Source: Girardia tigrina
Lineage: Eukaryota
Direction: 5' to 3'
DNA length: 49,437 bases
Assembly: GCA_001938485.1 (NCBI GenBank)
Contig: MQRK01230274.1
Location: forward strand, 1-49,437
Below, one piece after another: positions 1-14,087 of the stretch (its first letter is position 1; each line of letters opens with the position of its first letter). The notes under the pieces are model-generated. The model saw nothing but the letters and a program-made list of their open reading frames with translations, did not search any database and was not told the DNA's origin. The position numbers and the translations under genes are program-made.

Positions 1-472
1 TTTAATTTAAAGGGTAAAATATTTTAATGTTAATATGCTTATTCAATATTTTAAAATTAAAAATGATATAATAAAACAACTATTAAAAAATCAAAAACGT
101 TTTTAAAAATAAAATATTTATTTAAAAATAAAAAAAATATCTTTTAATGTATCTATTAAATATCTTAAAATTAAAAATGTCAAGAAAACAAAAATATTAA
201 ATATGTATTTATAAATAAAAATATTTTTAATAAGCAATTTTAAAAATTGATTTTGAAAATAAAGTTTAAATAAATTTTGAAATAAATTTTCGAAATAAAT
301 TTTCAGGATTTTAAAAATTAAATCGAAAAGAATTTAATAGATTAATTTGGGTCGAGATAATTAAATTAAATTAACAGGAAAATTTGTTTTAGAAATGTGA
401 ATTGTTATAGTAATAAATTTTGGTGTTTAAAAAAAATGAATTCTGATATCGACGTTGCAACCACTTCTCACA
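1..472 (-). repeat. TGTGAG-terminated short repeat family A, partial copy running off the window start
   Basis: Reverse complement of 32560-33110; ends in ...GTTGCAACCACTTCTCACA at 472. Confidence 0.85.
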
Positions 473-999
473 TCGATCATTGACAATAATGATGTAGGTC
501 AAAAATTAGTATGGTCGTAATAACAAGTTAATTTTTATTCACTCAGCAATATTGCTTTTGAAAATTTTAATTTTAACTTTAGAATTAATTATTTCTGCTA
601 TTGCTATTTAATTTTAATTCGATTGTTAATTTGAAATTTTAATAATTGTCTTTTAATTATTAACTTGCTGGAAGGGGGGGATTATTTATTCTGTTTTACT
701 TGTTCTTTCTTTTATTTTTTTGAATTTTCTATGATTTTAGTTTTCTTCTTTGCGACTTGAATTAACTTGTATTATTTTACCAACCTGAAAAATATAAAAC
801 AGACTTTATACACAAATAAAGGAAATTAATAAATAAATAAAATACAAATTCGTTCGTTTAAATACAGAGTCTACAAAGGTACTTTAACATAAAGATGAAA
901 TATAATTAACTTTTAATTTATTAGTAAAAAATTCATTTAGCGAAATAAAATAAATGGATTTGTATTAATAAAGATATGTGGGAACTTCAATATTCAATC

Positions 1000-1362
1000 A
1001 AAATAATTCCATTTTTATCTGCATAAACTGGAATACAAAAATTTCCTTTTAGTATGTATTAATTTTTTTCTGAAATTGTAAATGAAGAGGAATTATACGT
1101 TTAATAGGTGATTATATCACATAACCATAAAAATGGATGGTCAAATAGTGAAATAATGAAAATATGGATACAAAAAAATTTTTTTTATATATTTATAAAT
1201 TTTATATATTTATTTTATATATATATATATATATTATATTGTTTTTATATATTGATGTTTTTATTTTTATATAAGTCGCACACTCGTATAAGTCTAACCA
1301 TTTTTTTTAATTTTCATACTTTTTTTTCATATAAGCCGCGGTTTATAGTCTGATAAATGAGG
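1000..1362 (+). mobile_element. Decayed pogo/Tc2-like DNA transposon fragment
   Basis: Peptide HKNGWSNSEIMKIWI (~1126-1170) resembles the pogo DDE_1 'N.KGWM...M..W' motif; TATAAGTCGCAC and TATAAGCCGCGGTTTATAGTCTGATAAATGAGG-TA resemble Tc2/pogo ends. Confidence 0.5.
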
Positions 1363-2142
1363 TATATATATATATATATACCAAATACATACTCCAAGGC
1401 GATGGCTGTATGAATCATTCACAAAAAAAATCAAAAAATGTACACAGAATACTTTTTTTATCAAATCTGAATTTAGTTAAATATTTGAAAAAATTAAATC
1501 ATTTAATTGTCCTGATTTATTAATATTATTAATAAAGATTAGTTGTTTTACATAAAAGACAATTCCATCAGAAACATAGATGAATTAATTAATTTGTTTT
1601 TTTTTCAGGGAAACGTTTTCTTAATAATCCAGACTATTTTTTTTCAATTTATTTATTTAATTAAAAGAGAAGATTACAAAGAAGAAATAGAACTTGTATT
1701 TTTTATAACAATATTAAAAAGGAAAATAATTTTGGGAATTTTTAATTATGGAAATAGAGTCCGTTTTGAGACATTTTATTTATAATTTCCGAAGAATTTT
1801 TCCCATTGTAAAATTAGTATTATAAATTCTATTGTTCTATGTTATTATTATATTATATTTTAAATGATTTATATGATCAATGAGTTATATGATATCAGAA
1901 TTTTGGAATATTTTATGGTTATAATAATTGGTTAATTCCGATGGCAAAACTGTTTGAGATAAAACAATTATAATAATCAGTTTGTTCATTGGTAAGATTA
2001 ATTTCTTTCCTGTATTTTATTTCCCATAAAATAATTAAATAAATGATTATAAAACATAATCATTGTTTGTCATATCACTTTCCAAATGTCTATTTTATTG
2101 TCTAATGTATTTACGAATTCCTGTTGTAAAATTTTAATATTA

Positions 2143-3466
2143 AATCATGACCAAAAGTATTGCATAAATGCGAAGGACTAAATTACATACAATGTTCCCC
2201 TTTATTTTTCATCACACCATTTCAGCTGGTCATTTAATGATATTTAATAAAATTACCAATAAGAACATATTTTATTAGTTGACCTATGACATCAAATCTT
2301 TTCAGACTTTGAGGCTTAACTGTTTGTATTGTACTAAAATCGGCATTTTAAAATTCATTTTCTAAAGAATTGTGAAACAAGACAAAATATAAAATGAAAC
2401 TAGACATAGGATAGTACTTATGTATAAAGAACAATACGCCCAACAATGAATATCGGCCCGTCTTGGTATCCACAAAAGTTCTGTTTCAAGTATTTTTAAG
2501 AAACAGTCTCTATTTCACCCTACGAGCAATTGATCAAGATCTGGAAGACGCAGAATCATAATAGGACAATATGATACAAAGACATGTTGTAAGAGATCCA
2601 TTTGCTTCTTCCCATACCATTCATTATCTCCTACTCGCCACAGTTCCGAGTACACCAACGTTTATGCGTTTTCTCCAGTCTGAAAATTTGCTCTGAAATT
2701 GTCATCCTGCAAGCAAATCATTCCATACATTAAAGCAACAGCGTCAGTGGATGAAATTCTGTCAAGAACATCAAACGTGGACTGCATTCGATTGGAATAA
2801 AATTTTGTGGTCTAATGATTTCACTTTATGTCTGTGGAGCAACTATCAATTACAATATTGATGCTTTAAAGGAACACATTTTCAAGCGAGATACTGGCTA
2901 CTATCAGTCAAACACTCGCATAGTGTGATTGTTCAAGTCGTTTTCTCGACACAAGATGTTGGGCCTTTATGGTTTCTACCTTCAGCTCAAACAGTGGGAG
3001 CTGGAAAATACTTGTAGGTGCTCGAGAACAACCTTCCACATTTCATGTGTTACCTTGAATGTGATGTTTTTCAACACGGCGGTACACCGTACCATCAGGC
3101 AACGAAGGTGAAACAATGACTAACTGAAAACAACTACAGAACTCTACGATGTCGAGCCAACAGCTCGAATCTCAATCTGATCGAAAATTTCTGGCGATTT
3201 ACCAAAGTGAAGTTATCTAGAATGCAGCAGCTTTTTCTAAAAGACTTGCAGTGTTGTATCAAGCATGTGTGGGAAAATGAGTTTGATGAGGATTTCTGTA
3301 AACACCTCGTTCATTCCAAGTCAAAATGCATTAACATTGTTTTAAAAAGCAGTGTGGTACAATTAAATATTAATTAGCTTGAGTCATATTCTTTCGACTG
3401 CTTAAAGTACGAGGAAAAACATAATAATGGAAACGTAAAATTATGCATTCTTTTTGGCCACGTCTG
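2143..3466 (+). mobile_element. Tc1-like transposon with pseudogenised transposase
   Basis: Right TIR TTATGCATTCTTTTTGGCCACGTCTG; degenerate left TIR CATGACCAAAAGTATTGCATAA; broken motifs ILWSND, SVKHSHSVIV, FFQHGGTPYH, SSNLNLIENFW (cf. WSDE, TVKH, FQQDGAPCH, SPDLNPIENLW). Confidence 0.85.
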
Positions 3467-5222
3467 TTTATTAAAAAATTTTAGAAGAAATGTATTTATT
3501 GTTTGTAGAAAATAATTGTATCCCCTGTTTCCTTTATGACCTAAATTTAGAGAATTAAGTGTTAAAACTTTGTATCACTAATGTATATTATTATTAATAT
3601 TTTCTTCAAAATGCAGAATTATTCTTTAATAAGACCCTATTTTCTAAATCACACATTGATAATGTTTTTATGCTCTAACAAGGTGGTTTCATCTAAAACA
3701 CAAAATATTGAAATTAATTATTTAAATAAAGATATGTCTGTCTATCATACATAGTTTTCCACTTTTATCAGTACACTTAGTAATTTTACTCAATCTTTTT
3801 ATATTTCCTGTGACAATAAATGATTATATGGACATTTGATCGAAGAAGATTTTTAAGGTGCCAAAATAGGAAAAAAACGGAAAATTCTGAGTTACTGAAC
3901 AATATTAATTGAAAAAGATCTACTTATGAATTATAAGTAGCTTATATATATAAAATAAAATTTATTTTCGTTTTTCCATTCTTTTTTTATTAGCTTACTT
4001 TCTATATATGTATCCATGGAATTTAGAAACCTATTTTTGAAGGCTTTTGTATCCAATCAAATTTCTCAAAACTTTGCATATTTATTCACTTTTGATGACA
4101 ATAAATGATGATGTGAAAATTTTATCAAACAACTTATTCAAAAAATTGTTTTTGCAAAAAACGTTTTACGATTATCCACAAATGTTTAATCTGTTTTATA
4201 TAGAAATATTTTGATTTTTTTCTTTCGATGCTTTACAATAAATTAGATTAGTAACTATTTAATTGCATAATGGAGTTGTAAACATTTTTTGTATGAAATT
4301 TTCCATTCTACAAAACATTCAAATAGTTGCTAATAACATAATTAATTTTTTTAAAAATGAAATAGTAATTTTCCCTTCTATAAAAGATAACAAAATAAAT
4401 TCTGTTGACCAAATATTGTTCTGTCCGCGTTAAGAAGGAATATGAAAAGAATTTTTGATTGACTAGTTTAATACAGTGATCGCACTCTAAATTAAAACCT
4501 TTTTCACGTTCAAGAGTTGGAATGTATAATCTTTTGGGAGCGACCACTATATGTTCATTCTTCTATTTCCCTCTTTTCCTTTTTATAGCCAAAATCTGTT
4601 ACTAAAACATAATCTCTCTTTAATTATTTTCTGATATATTGAAACATATTTAATTCATCTTACAAAATATATCGATGTGCTTTAAAATGTGAATTGCAAA
4701 TGTGAAAAACATAGTGCAACATAGTGAACTTTCAACTAAGAAAATATATATTAAAAAGTAACCGAAGTAATTAATTTTTAATATTTTTTTTATAAATAGA
4801 AGAACAAAATCCATCTAAAAATATTCAATACATAAATCAAACAGAAAACATACAAAAAATAATACAACTGTGACACTTAATAATTCCAACGGTGATTAGG
4901 TGGAAACTGGCTTTTCATAATGTTACGTTGTAGGAAGATTTTAAAACAATCCACAAATTCACTTATAATATTTGACTTAAATGTCCAAAGAACCTTCAGA
5001 CTATTTAATGAACTTGATGTGGCAGTTGAAAAAAGCCAATGTGATCCCGAACTAATGCGATCTTAGCTAATGTAGACAGTCTGTCTAATTTTTCAATGTT
5101 TTTTAATTGACACTAATTGTGATTTAAATAATACAAAATTTTATAATTAATACTTTAATACTCTTTTAAGGCGTATTTTATATTTTTAATATATAATAAT
5201 AATTTTACCATATTTTAATATA

Positions 5223-5801
5223 AAGGGTGGGCCAAAAGTAACTACACAATTTATTTAACCTATAGTTTCTTTTCCCTTTATTAAATTTAACAAACAATAA
5301 AACAAAAATAAAATTTAAAAGTTATATTTTATTAATATATCCGGTTTATTTTCGATGAATGGTAAAACAATCTCTCTGATCATTTGACGATATCTTATTC
5401 CATTCACATTGATTTGGTGACCATCAGTATCTTCGAAAAAATAAGGCCCAATTATTGTTTCAGAAGTAATACCGCACCACACTGTGCATTTTTGGGGATT
5501 TGAAGTTCGTTCAATAACCTCCATGGGATTTTCTGAACCCCAGAACATCCAATTTTGCTTATTTATATACCCGTCCATCCAAAAGTGAGCTTCATCAGTC
5601 ATTATCATTTTGTCAGAAATAATTGAATTATTGAATTTTATTGAAGATTTGATCATAATTATTCCTTTCTCCGTTGTGTATCTTGGCATGATAAAAATTC
5701 AAGGCCCGTGGAATAAAATAATTTTAAAAATTTTAAACAAAAGTAAACCTGAAAAAAATTTTAAACAGAATAAATTGTGTAGTTACTTTTGGCCCACCCT
5801 T
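5223..5801 (-). mobile_element. Internally deleted Tc1/mariner-superfamily element (DD37D/maT-like)
   Basis: Perfect ~31-bp TIRs AAGGGTGGGCCAAAAGTAACTACACAATTTA, TA on both sides; ORF 5315-5689 has TDEAHF..GYINKQN..FWGSENP..TVWCG...IIGPYFF, with HTH and C-terminal catalytic part missing. Confidence 0.9.
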
Positions 5802-7479
5802 TATTTAATGTATTAATATTCAATAAATACATAATTAACATGTATTATCCTCTTCTTGGAGTTAAAAAAGGTGTAGATATAAAAATAACTGTTGTCCTCC
5901 TTTTTAATATTTTGGCCTTCATTGAGATCCGTGAATTCTAATATTTTCATTTACGTATTGATATTTTTCTTCTTAAAGGAATTAAACGTCCTTGGTATCG
6001 GGATTCTAGCGGCTTGAAGCGTGACCTGTTTCTTAAGCAGTCTAAAGTATTTCATGAAAGAATTGTACGTTAATGTCAAAATATTCGTTTCTTTTGTTTT
6101 CCTTAAATTGGATTTGTTGAATATGATTCGATTTGATTATAGTTTGACTGTTGCGAGTCCGAAAGCCTATAGCTAGAGTGACCGGCATTCATGGCGTATC
6201 GGTCTTAAACGATTTCGAATAATGATTTTTTTAAGATATGACAATGGAGAATAATAATTAGCAGCCTTTTTTACATTTTTCACATAAGTTTTTTTAATGA
6301 GCTTTTTCCTTTTAACAGATAAGTTATATCATTCTTTTGTTTAAACCTGTGTATTCTTTATTGTCTTTTCGTTTTTCGCTTTTATTCTTATTTAATAACT
6401 TTAAACATAAAAAAAACATTATTTTCGAATTTTTGAGCTACAAAGTAATTGGAACTTTTTTGAAAGTAATAATATTTAGTTGTAAAAACGATTGAATGAA
6501 TGAGCTGCCGATCCGTCAACAATCGGTTTTTTATATAGAAACAAATGATCAGAAAAAAAGTCCTAAAATACCTGAAACATTATTCTTGGGTACCATAAGT
6601 AAGAAAATAAAATTATTGCTTATTAAATAAATGAATTTAAAAATGTATTTTACTCGACTCAAAAGGAAAATATTTTATAAATAGTCACACAGATTTTAAT
6701 AAATTAGTTTTTCTCAACTAGTTTTATAAAGTCTCATACAGGGATACAAGATTATTTGGTTTTATTTTACTTTAATCTTATGATCTTTTTTATAATATGA
6801 ATAATATTTTAGTACTTTTTACACCAATTATAATTATTTCTTTTTTTCTAATACAAGAATAATGGGACAATTGCTTAAAATTTTTTCAATACACTTTGTA
6901 TCTTTTGGGATTTCCCTGATAACAAAATGGACACTTTCTTTTTTATCTTTTATAAATGTATAAAACATTCTTTTACTCTTGAGATAAATAATACTCAGAG
7001 AAATCTCACAACAAAAATGGAAAACAACCTTTTGTAAACTTTTAAATTACCTTTAACATTAAACAAAAATATCTATTTACTTTTATATTTTTTTAACAAG
7101 TGAGTGTATTTGAGTGTAAATGATAAAATAATCTTAAATTATTTAATAATACTTTTGTATTATTAAATAATTTTGTGTTACCATTTAATTTTGAAACTTC
7201 TAAGACTATTATTTATTTTAATAATATTTGTTTCAAATATTATTTTTTATATCGAAGGGCATTTAATTTCTATAAATTGTAAATGTAAAAATATATTCAA
7301 AGGAAATTTTAGACAACCTAAATACTCTTCATACAAAGTTTATTTAAAATTAGTATAAATGTTAATTCAAACATACAAATAAAGATTATATATCCTTAAC
7401 ATTTTCACTGTAGTCAATGAGGTATGTCTTTCTGCTTACATCTTTTAGGAATACAAATCTTAAAGTCTTTTCTGCATTA

Positions 7480-8520
7480 AAGATGAAAACTGCGTTTTCA
7501 ACAAAGAATGGTCAATATTGTTTTAAAAGAATGCCTTTTGGAATTGCAGCGGCTCCAGCTACCTTTCAGGAATTAATGGTGAAAGTTCTAGGAGATTTGA
7601 ATTGGAAAGAAGCAGTTGTATATTTGGATGATATTTTGATTTTTGCAAAAGATAGAGAAGAACATCTTCAAAGAATACATAACGTATTTGAGAAAATTAA
7701 AGAATCCGGCTTGAGAATAAATCCAGAGAAATGTCAATTCCTAGTAGAAAAAACGAAATTTTTAGGATATGTCATAAGTAAAGAAGGTATTGAGACAGAT
7801 AAAACAAAGATTGATGCAATTAGAAAATTTCAAAACCCATCATGTATCAAACATTTAAGAAGCCTTTTGGGTTTGACGAATTACTACAGGAAATTCATAA
7901 AAGATTACTCTAGATATGCAAAGGTTTTAGAAGGCTTATGTGGTAATACATGTGATGACGCTTTTCTAAATTAAAAGAAAGAATGATTAAGACACCAATT
8001 TTGGCATACCCTGATTTTTCAAGAGACTTTATACTCGATACAGATGCAAGTTTTGATACAATAGGAGCGGTGCTATCACAGAATATATGGAAGAGAAAGA
8101 GTAATTGCATATGGTTCCCATAAAATGAATAAACATGAACTTGGTTATTGCATTACAAGGAAAGAACTGCTTGCAATTTATTATTTCACTCAACATTTTA
8201 AACATTTTTTGTATGGGAAAATATTTTTGTTACGAACGGATCATAAAGCTGTCACTTTTATGATGACTACGAAAAACGCTATTACACCACAGTTTCAAAC
8301 ATGGATAAATTTTCTTAGTGGTCTTGACATAAAAATAGAATATCGAAAAGGTTAGAAACATACAAATGCTGACGCGATATCTAGAAATTCTTGCGAATTG
8401 TGTAGCCAATGTCAGACGATGCATGAAGAAGCCGAGAAAGGAAAGATCAAGACGAGAATTCTTGCATTGAACGAAGAGTCAGAGGGTTTCAAATGGCTAA
8501 AGAATAATGAAGAAGTAATC
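7480..8520 (+). mobile_element. Ty3/Gypsy pol fragment (RT C-terminal half + RNase H), frameshifted
   Basis: KTAFST..RMPFGIAAAPATFQ, YLDDILIF, FLGY, LGLTNYYRKFI; then FILDTDASFDTIGAVLSQ, KELLAIYY, RTDHKA, YRKG*KHTNADAISR; no LTRs or integrase visible. Confidence 0.95.
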
Positions 8521-9629
8521 TTATCTTAGAAATATTCTTCTAAAGTAAATTGGTTTTAAAATATTTTTTCTGTGTCAAGTCTGATAATATACGAAATGCT
8601 ATACAATTAGTAAAAGGATACATTTCCAAAATCAAATTTATATTTAAATAGCTTCTACCCTTTATGTACGTTTTTACTAGGGATTAAAATTTTGTTTAAT
8701 TCGTTTTATAAGGGCTTTTTGACGGAAAATACATAAAGTAATAAATATTCTAATTAATAAAATAGAACTAACAAAACCTAGAAATAATTTAAACATACTA
8801 CTGTCAATTTCCATAATAAATAATGTCATCATGCTCATTTAATAACTGTTCTGATAACGAAATATTGACTTGACAGGTTTTCATGTTAAGTATGACACCT
8901 ATCAATCATTCTAAAAGTAATTGTTGGGCTTTAATAATCAAAAAACCTCAGAACAAATGTTTGGTACGGTCTCCAGGTTGCCTTAGAGACTGCCAGTGGT
9001 AGCAGAATTATGGGTCTGATGTTGATGCTGATAGTTTTAAATGCTCTTTTGATGCTCTTTTTAAATTTGTTGTTAATAGTATTTTCGCTCACTCCGTCAT
9101 TTTATAGTAATCGTCTCCGTCAATAATTTAAAATTTAACAGTTTAATTATCTAATTGTTTTTTTCTGATAATTATTAAATCAGATAACAAATATATTTAA
9201 TTTAAAATAATTTTCAATCGAGAATAAATTGGTTCAAATAAACGAAACAGAAATTAAACATATAAAAATTGAAATGTGAATTCAGAAACAGTAAATTATT
9301 ATTCGTTCAAAAAAAATAAATATCAGAGATTAATAAAAAAATATTTAAGAACTTTAGTCACAGAAGTTCGTTCATACCAAAAATATTTAATGACCGAAAA
9401 TTCGGCCATAAAAAAATCATTAACTACAAATTTATAATTGAAATTAGTAAATAGTGATTTTCAAAATCACCGGAACTTCCAACTCGCTCTGATTGGTTAA
9501 CCAATCAAAAATATAAATATTTTTTTTAATTCCGAAACAACAGATCTAAACAGCAGTTCATATATTTCGAATAAAAGTATAATAATAGAAATGTATAATA
9601 ATAGATATGTCAAACGGTTGAAAAATATT

Positions 9630-10060
9630 TCACCAATATTGTGTATTAACAACATCAATATGAGTTTTACAACATTTATTAATATCACAAGCCAATTCAC
9701 TATTTGATATTTTTCTAGATCGATATATTTCTGAGCTTATACTAATTATTTTCAATAAATGAAAATCTATTAATAAAAATTATTAATTATAAAGAATCTA
9801 ATTGGTTAAAATTAAATCTAAACATTTTTTTTAAAAAAAGAACATATTAAATTAATATATTAAAATTTTAAATTACATTAAAAAATAAATAATACATTCA
9901 AAAATTATTTTAAATCTTTTTACTTTAAAATTAAATTAAATTATTTTTAATTAGTAGGAATCAAAGAAAATACCAATCATCCATCTGTGTAGGAGAGGCA
10001 CAATCCGAATCAACATACAATATGCACAATATCAACACGCAATTCAAAACATTCCTCACA
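9630..10060 (-). repeat. TGTGAG-terminated family B, terminal fragment
   Basis: Ends ATTCCTCACA at 10060; motif CCATCTGTGTAGGAGAGGCACA at ~9982; reverse complement matches 21507-21811 plus 23001-23100. Confidence 0.85.
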
Positions 10061-11565
10061 TTGTGCAAACGTAAAAACACGTAATTTATAGATTCTATAT
10101 ATTTTAGTAATAGAATAAACAAAAGATAAAAAAACGAAGACAATAATTAACAACCTCTGCAAAAATGACAAATTAATTTACGTACTGAAGAAAATATTCT
10201 TTCAAAAATGAACTTAACTCTAAAATTACATAAAATGTATTCTAAATATTATGTAGAAATATGTTTTTTTCTATTTTTTAATATAAATATATACACATAT
10301 CATTTATAAATTTATAATAAAATATTCGTAAAACATTAATCTATTTTTGAATCTTGAGTCTTAATCATCTTACTGGCAATAAAAGGAATACTAGTTTGAA
10401 GACATCGTAAACTGCATTAAACTGACACTAATTTCATGATGGAATCTATACAATTTTAAAGAGATATTTTGCTATTAGATTTTTACAACATAAAGCAATA
10501 TTTCACGCTAATTATATTAAAAACATACAAGTATTTCCATTTTCTTCAGTTGATTAATAAACGTTTCTCCATAGAGATTTCTCGTATAAAAAATTGTAAA
10601 TAGTGTGTATTATTAGTAGTGTTATAGAAAGGTTACCAACAATACTCACTACTTAACTTTTCGACGAAAGAAGCTTTTCGCAAGAATATTCTATCAACTT
10701 CAAATGTGACTTGAAATGATTTTTCAGGATCGATTTCCATCGGAAAGACTCTGTTGCTGCTGAGTGTGGAACTAATACATCAGTAGTTAAAAGAATAATA
10801 ATAATCCATTATTAATTTTTAAATATTTTATATCGGTTTTTCTTTAATTGTAAACGAATAAAATATTATAAATTAAAAAAAAAATAAATATTTATTTATT
10901 AACAAAAAATATATGTAATGAAGAAATTATTTTTTGAAATAAAATGACCCCTCTAAATAAATACAAAATTGTACCTTCTTATACCAAAATGTTGATAGTA
11001 AAATTAACTTGTATAAGAGCAGCAAATTTTAAAACAAACTGGAAGAGTGAGTAGTTTGAACGTCAACTTATGGTGCTTTGATCTAGAACTAATCCGGGAT
11101 CGAACCAAAGATAAATGAAATGTAGGAAAATTGTAAAAATAAAGTAAAAGAAAATTGAAAAATTTTTATGTTTTATGGGACGAAAAATTGTAATTAAAAC
11201 TTGAAGAATGTTTTAAAATAAATGATTATGTACTTCTCTTCTTCATAATGTAAATGAAGTTGAAAGAAAATTATGTCAATACTTGGAAGTTGGTGTATGA
11301 TAATAATTTGATAAAGAATGTGAAAGTTACAAAATCATAGGATATTCAAAAAGACTTTATGACGAAAATATTAATTTTATGGAGGTATACTTTCAATTTG
11401 TGCAGAATGGTTTTCTGTGAAATCAAAATTTTGTATTAAATTATTGTAATAGTTGAAAATCTAATTTTTCTTTTAGTTCTAGTGGACATCCTTTTTTTTC
11501 TTCATTTTCTGGGTTTCTGTTCTCAACTATACAATTATTGTTTTCAATAGTTTTACTGATGTAAT

Positions 11566-12202
11566 TATTGTGGCCATTAAGTACTCGGAAGAAGGCTCTA
11601 ATAATGTAACAATTTATTTGATTTTTCGTGATATATTCTTCGAGTATTATGGCTAACTGAAATACAATTTGTTTTACTGTGGTTTCTGAATTTGGTCTAA
11701 TTTTTGCAGAATTTCAATATTTCTTCATAAATTTGTATTTTCATGAAGGTTTTTGTTTTAAAGAAGTTATCGGCGAAGGAAGTCATTGAGGGGTAGAGGA
11801 ATGTATGCCAAGATGAAAGCCCATACAAATCTGCCTAGAATAGTGAAAGAGAAAAGTATCAGAAGACCTTTGAAAAAGGGTGAAAAAACGAGAGAAAAAT
11901 TACAGAATATTGTGAAATTCGAACATCGTATCACAACAAGAATGCTTCTCCATCTCAAGGAACACATTTTACCTCAAAAGCAGAATTAAAAGATGTGGTG
12001 GAAGAATCTGTAGAGAATCAACCCGCCATTTTCTGCTAAAATGTCTTCTTGCAGCTGGTAAGATGCTTGAAACATTGTGTACAAAATGGTGGATCTTATT
12101 TTGAAAAATAAATACCTATACATACTCATCAATACTTGTTAAAAATTATTCATATTTCATGTTCTTTTCTACTTCATTCCGGGTATTTAATGGGCCACCA
12201 AG
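11566..12202 (+). mobile_element. Internally deleted mariner-like element
   Basis: Degenerate TIR pair GTGGCCATTAAGTACTCGGAAGAAG / CTTCATTCCGGGTATTTAATGGGCCACC; C-terminal CVQNGGSYFEK* typical of mariner transposases. Confidence 0.7.
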
Positions 12203-13004
12203 TACCTAACCATTATTTGCAGTATAACAGATTTAAAAATTTGTATTTTTTATCAAATGATTTGTAAATCACAGATCAAATGCATATTTTGAAGAAAAAT
12301 TATTTGAAAATCATTATATAATTTAATATTTATTTAAATACTGACGTAAAAACATATTTTTGTCGGCAATTAATTAAAAGGGACGAAAATTGTCGGGCAA
12401 AAACAAACCAGCATTAAATTTTCCCTAAAGTCGATTTTGTTTTTTGATTCCAGATCATTACGAATGCCACAAATAAACGAATATTTCATTAATTTCCATT
12501 AACGAAATTAAATTTATTTGTCAAAAATGATTTTCGAATTTATATAATAATTAATTTCTTAATATATAATTTCTGTTTTATTAAAAAAATTTTATTTCAT
12601 GAAAGATATTATTTTATTTATTTTAAAAATAAATAAATTCATTTATTTTAACGATTATATATAGACTAATCTAATAAATTTTATTCAAATATAATTAATT
12701 TATTTTCAAATTTTATTACATGAAAAATATTTATTCAATTTCATGAGTGTTTTTAATTTTAAATTAATATTGTTAGTAATATTTAGATATTATATTTTTA
12801 TACCAAATTATTCCTTTAATTTTATTTACCATTATATTATTTTTGGTTTTTTTAAGCAAAACATTTTCCAACAATTTTTTAAATGATAAAACTTAGAAAA
12901 TATAAAAAAACAGAAAATATTTACGCTATAAATTCTCAACGAACTTATTGAGAATTTTGGATTAGGGTGATTTCATGCAATCGATTATATAATCTTTATT
13001 TTTG

Positions 13005-13035
<31 letters not shown>

Positions 13036-13075
13036 TAAGAAAATGAATAACAAACGCCATTTAAAAAGTTTTTTA

Positions 13076-13119
13076 TTTGTCAAAACATTTTTCGCCATTA
13101 CGGCATCATAAGTTGTGAA
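13076..13119 (-). ncRNA. Minimal hammerhead ribozyme, family 1, core-mutated
   Basis: Minus strand TTCACAA-CTTATGA-T-GCC-GTAAT-GGC-GAAA-AATG-TT-TTGACAA; CUGAUGA changed to CUUAUGA. Confidence 0.7.
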
Positions 13120-13283
13120 GTAAATTTCAAATTACAAGTCATTTATATGCCAGATTGACTATTACGCAATTAATCTTTTTTTTAATTAATATTAAAAGAT
13201 TTTAATATTTAAAAGATTAAAAAAAATGATTAATTGTGTAATAGGCAATGCGCCATATAAATGACTTGTAACTTGAAATTTAC

Positions 13284-13327
13284 TTCACAACTGATGATGC
13301 CGTAATGGCGAAAAATGTTTTTACAAA
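13284..13327 (+). ncRNA. Minimal hammerhead ribozyme, family 1
   Basis: TTCACAA-CTGATGA-T-GCC-GTAAT-GGC-GAAA-AATG-TT; core intact, stems I and III degraded. Confidence 0.75.
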
Positions 13328-13474
13328 TAAAAAACTTTTTAAATAGCGTTTGTTATTCATTTTCTTTACAAATAAATTGCCATTAAATCTAAATGTTATA
13401 TATATATATATATATATATATATANNNNNNNNNNNNNNNNNNNNNNNNNNNNNNNNNNNNNNNNNNNNNNNNNN

Positions 13475-13509
<35 letters not shown>

Positions 13510-13539
13510 GAGGTAAATTAATAAACAATTATTAATGAG

Positions 13540-13580
13540 TGACCTGAAGATGATGTTTGATCCGCCGAAAAATATTGTCT
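13540..13580 (+). ncRNA. Minimal hammerhead ribozyme, family 2
   Basis: TGAC-CTGAAGA-T-GAT-GTTTGATCC-GCC-GAAA-AATA-TT-GTC; stem I GAC/GTC. Confidence 0.7.
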
Positions 13581-14087
13581 TGAAGCATATTTTTAAATGG
13601 ATGAATTTTGTTTTTAATAAATAATTTTCATCCGGATTTAAGCTAATTCAATAAACAAAATTTAAATAAACAAAAATGAGCAAATATCAACTTTGAAGTG
13701 TGAAATTAAGAAAACTGAGAGATAATAATAAAAAAAACAGTTATGTCAAAATTACAAAAAACGAAGCTGAAGAAAGAATATGAGGAATAAATCAAAAGAT
13801 TATTTTTAATACAGAGATTACTTTTTGAAAAATTGAACAATTTATGAAACTTCAAAGGAGATTGTAACCAGGATTTACAACAGATTTAACGAAAGAAAAG
13901 GTTGTAAAAGAATAATTATTGTGTTTTTGTAAATTTAACCTTCAATTATCTAATTTAATTAGAATGAAAAAAGTAAATAACTACTTTTTATATATAAAAA
14001 TAAATATTTTGAAACTGGGATCTATAGAAAGAAAACTGGTTATATACAACCCCTACCAGTTTTTGTGAACTTATATATAAAAGAAAT

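Larger units (their letters stand above)
13036..13366. repeat. ~330-bp imperfect palindrome formed by two inverted Penelope pLTR copies
   Basis: 13036-13185 is the reverse complement of 13215-13366; both arms match 29845-30000; (TA)n on both sides. Confidence 0.92.
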
